This document shows, piece after piece, positions 62,320 through 64,000 of a DNA stretch of 64,000 bases. Source of the stretch: Basidiobolus meristosporus CBS 931.73 (lineage: Eukaryota > Fungi > Basidiobolomycota); NCBI GenBank assembly GCA_002104905.1, contig MCFE01000223.1, positions 1 to 64,000 of the forward strand. The letters are read 5' to 3'. Position 1 is the first letter of the stretch. Every line of letters begins with the position of its first letter. Under the pieces are notes generated by a model, which searched no databases, was not told the DNA's origin, and saw only the letters and a program-made list of their open reading frames with translations. Position numbers and translations under genes: made by a program.

Positions 62320-64000
62320 CTCAGCTAAATGTTCGTACCAACCAGTCCAAATTTTGACCTGAGATATTCAAGCTTCTCACCAGCTAATAGTTTAGAAAAT
62401 ATGTCTGCAATCATTTCATCCAAAGGACAGTAAACTAAGCTAACTAAGCTATTCTCTATAGCTTCACATATGAAGTGATGTCTAATATCTATGTGCTTAG
62501 TTCTAGCATGGAAAGTTGGATTTCTTCCTAACTGTAGATCTTTGATTATCTTGAAATAAAGTAATAGGCATTTTTTAACATAGGCCTAAATCTGTAATAA
62601 GCTTACTTAGCCACATTGCTTCTTTTGTAGCTTCACAGGCAGCGATATACTCTGCCACTGTGGTAGAAAGTGCTACAGTTGGTTGCTTTCTTGAGTTCCA
62701 TGAAATTGCTCCTTGACAGTAAAGAAAGTTGAATCCTGTGGTGGATCTTCTGTCTTTTAAATTTTGTCCCCAATCTGCATCAGAGTATCCCACAAGATCC
62801 TGTTCTGAATCCTTATAAGTGTATCTTAAGCAGATATCAGCAGTGCCTTTTAGGTATCTAAAAATCCGCTTAACTGCTGCAATATGATCAGATCCATAGT
62901 TCTGATTAAGTTAGCTGACAACTCCCACTGAATATGAGATATCTGGATGTGTTCCAAGCATAATATACTTCAGACTGTTGATCATACATTGATAAGGAAA
63001 GTCAGCGCTTTCAGATGGCACCAAGCTCTCTTGATTTGGTTGAGTTTTGACCAAGTTAAGGTTTGTCTCCATTGGGGCAGCTACTGGTTTACAGTCTTCC
63101 ATTTTGTACTTCTTTAGTATATCTTAAATATACTTGGACTGGCTTAGGGTAATAGTCTGGGTATTTCTATCTATAGAGAACTTAATCCACAAGTAGTAAC
63201 TGAGTCCTCCTAGATCCAACATCTTGAACTCCTTAGATAGGCTGGATTTAGTCTCTTTCAATGTTTCTATATTATTGGCAGCTATAATAAGATCATCTAC
63301 CTACAGAGCTAATAGAACTGGATTTGCTCTATCTGGCTTATAGTATATACTATAGTCAGCATTACTCCTTTTGAAACTCAGAGATTCCAAATAAGAATCT
63401 ATCTTGTAATTCCAGGCACTTGGTGATTGTTTGAGATCATATAGAGACTTTTTAGGCTTGCAGACCAAATAGGGGCTATCTTGGTCAATAAACCCATCAG
63501 GCTGGTCCATATGCACATCCACATCAGGTTCTTCATTCAAAAATGCAGTTTTTGAATCCATTTGATGAATAAAAAACTTATATTTGGCTGCAATAGCCAA
63601 TATTAATCTGATGTAATTAAACTTGGCCACCGGTGCAAAGGTCTCAGTATAGTCAAGTCCTTTTGTTTGAGAGTATCCTTTGGCCACAAGTCTTGCTTTG
63701 TATCTTCAATTGTACCATCAGCCTTGTATTTTGTCTTGAAGACCTATTTGAATCCAATCAATTTTTGGTTGATTGGTAATTTGGCTAAGCTCAAAGTTTG
63801 ATTTTCCATCAGGGCCAGATATTCCTCAGTCATTGCAGATCTCCAAAACCTTTTCTGAGGGCTACTTAAGGCCTCTTTTACAGTCTGCGGCTCATCAATA
63901 TGGACTGAATAGGCATTGGCTAAGTTTGTACCCTCATTGATATAGTAATTTGGGCTATTTATTTTCCAATTGGATCTCTGGAGATTTGATACTGAAATAA
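62317..64000 (-). mobile_element. Ty1/copia retrotransposon remnant (RT plus RNase H), continuing beyond the window; 3' LTR missing
   Basis: [39 protein letters not shown]...RRSTTG, ISWNSRKQPTVALSTTVAEY. Confidence 0.93.

Noticed and set aside
47650-64000. Ascomycete-type RIP
   Set aside because: CpA/TpG dinucleotides remain plentiful; the visible deficit is CpG.

Overview
Eukaryotic, intron-rich fungal DNA. The gene style (short GT-AG introns, S1 trypsin, ANKRD39-, TBL1- and MPHOSPH9-like genes) suggests an early-diverging, zygomycete-grade fungus; this is inference. There are three zones. (1) About 1-18 kb and 31-47 kb hold ordinary host genes: ARO1 (partial), NEDD8-E1 regulatory subunit, cytosolic IleRS, trypsin-like protease, a coiled-coil protein, Sec61-beta, SAM50, a PH protein, ANKRD39-like, EB1/BIM1, SEC6, TBL1/SIF2, and two inverted NHA1-type Na+/H+ antiporter paralogues. 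(2) 19-30 kb is a tandem array of seven intronless genes for secreted, very acidic Gly/Asp/Tyr/His/Glu repeat proteins. Each ends in a KR (Kex2-type) site followed by an exactly 16-aa cationic peptide, and six share a CACCTGCAT promoter motif at near-fixed spacing from TATA. This array is the most novel-looking system here. (3) From about 47.7 kb to the end lies a CpG-depleted transposon nest: Ty1/copia RT-RNaseH remnants, LTR fragments, a solo LTR, and three nested copies of a CACTA-type DNA transposon carrying a divergently transcribed second gene. ARO1 has a +1 frameshift at CCC-TAG-C, exactly at the shikimate kinase/DHQase boundary. No tRNA, rRNA or CRISPR was seen. Exon boundaries were traced by eye and no database searches were run.
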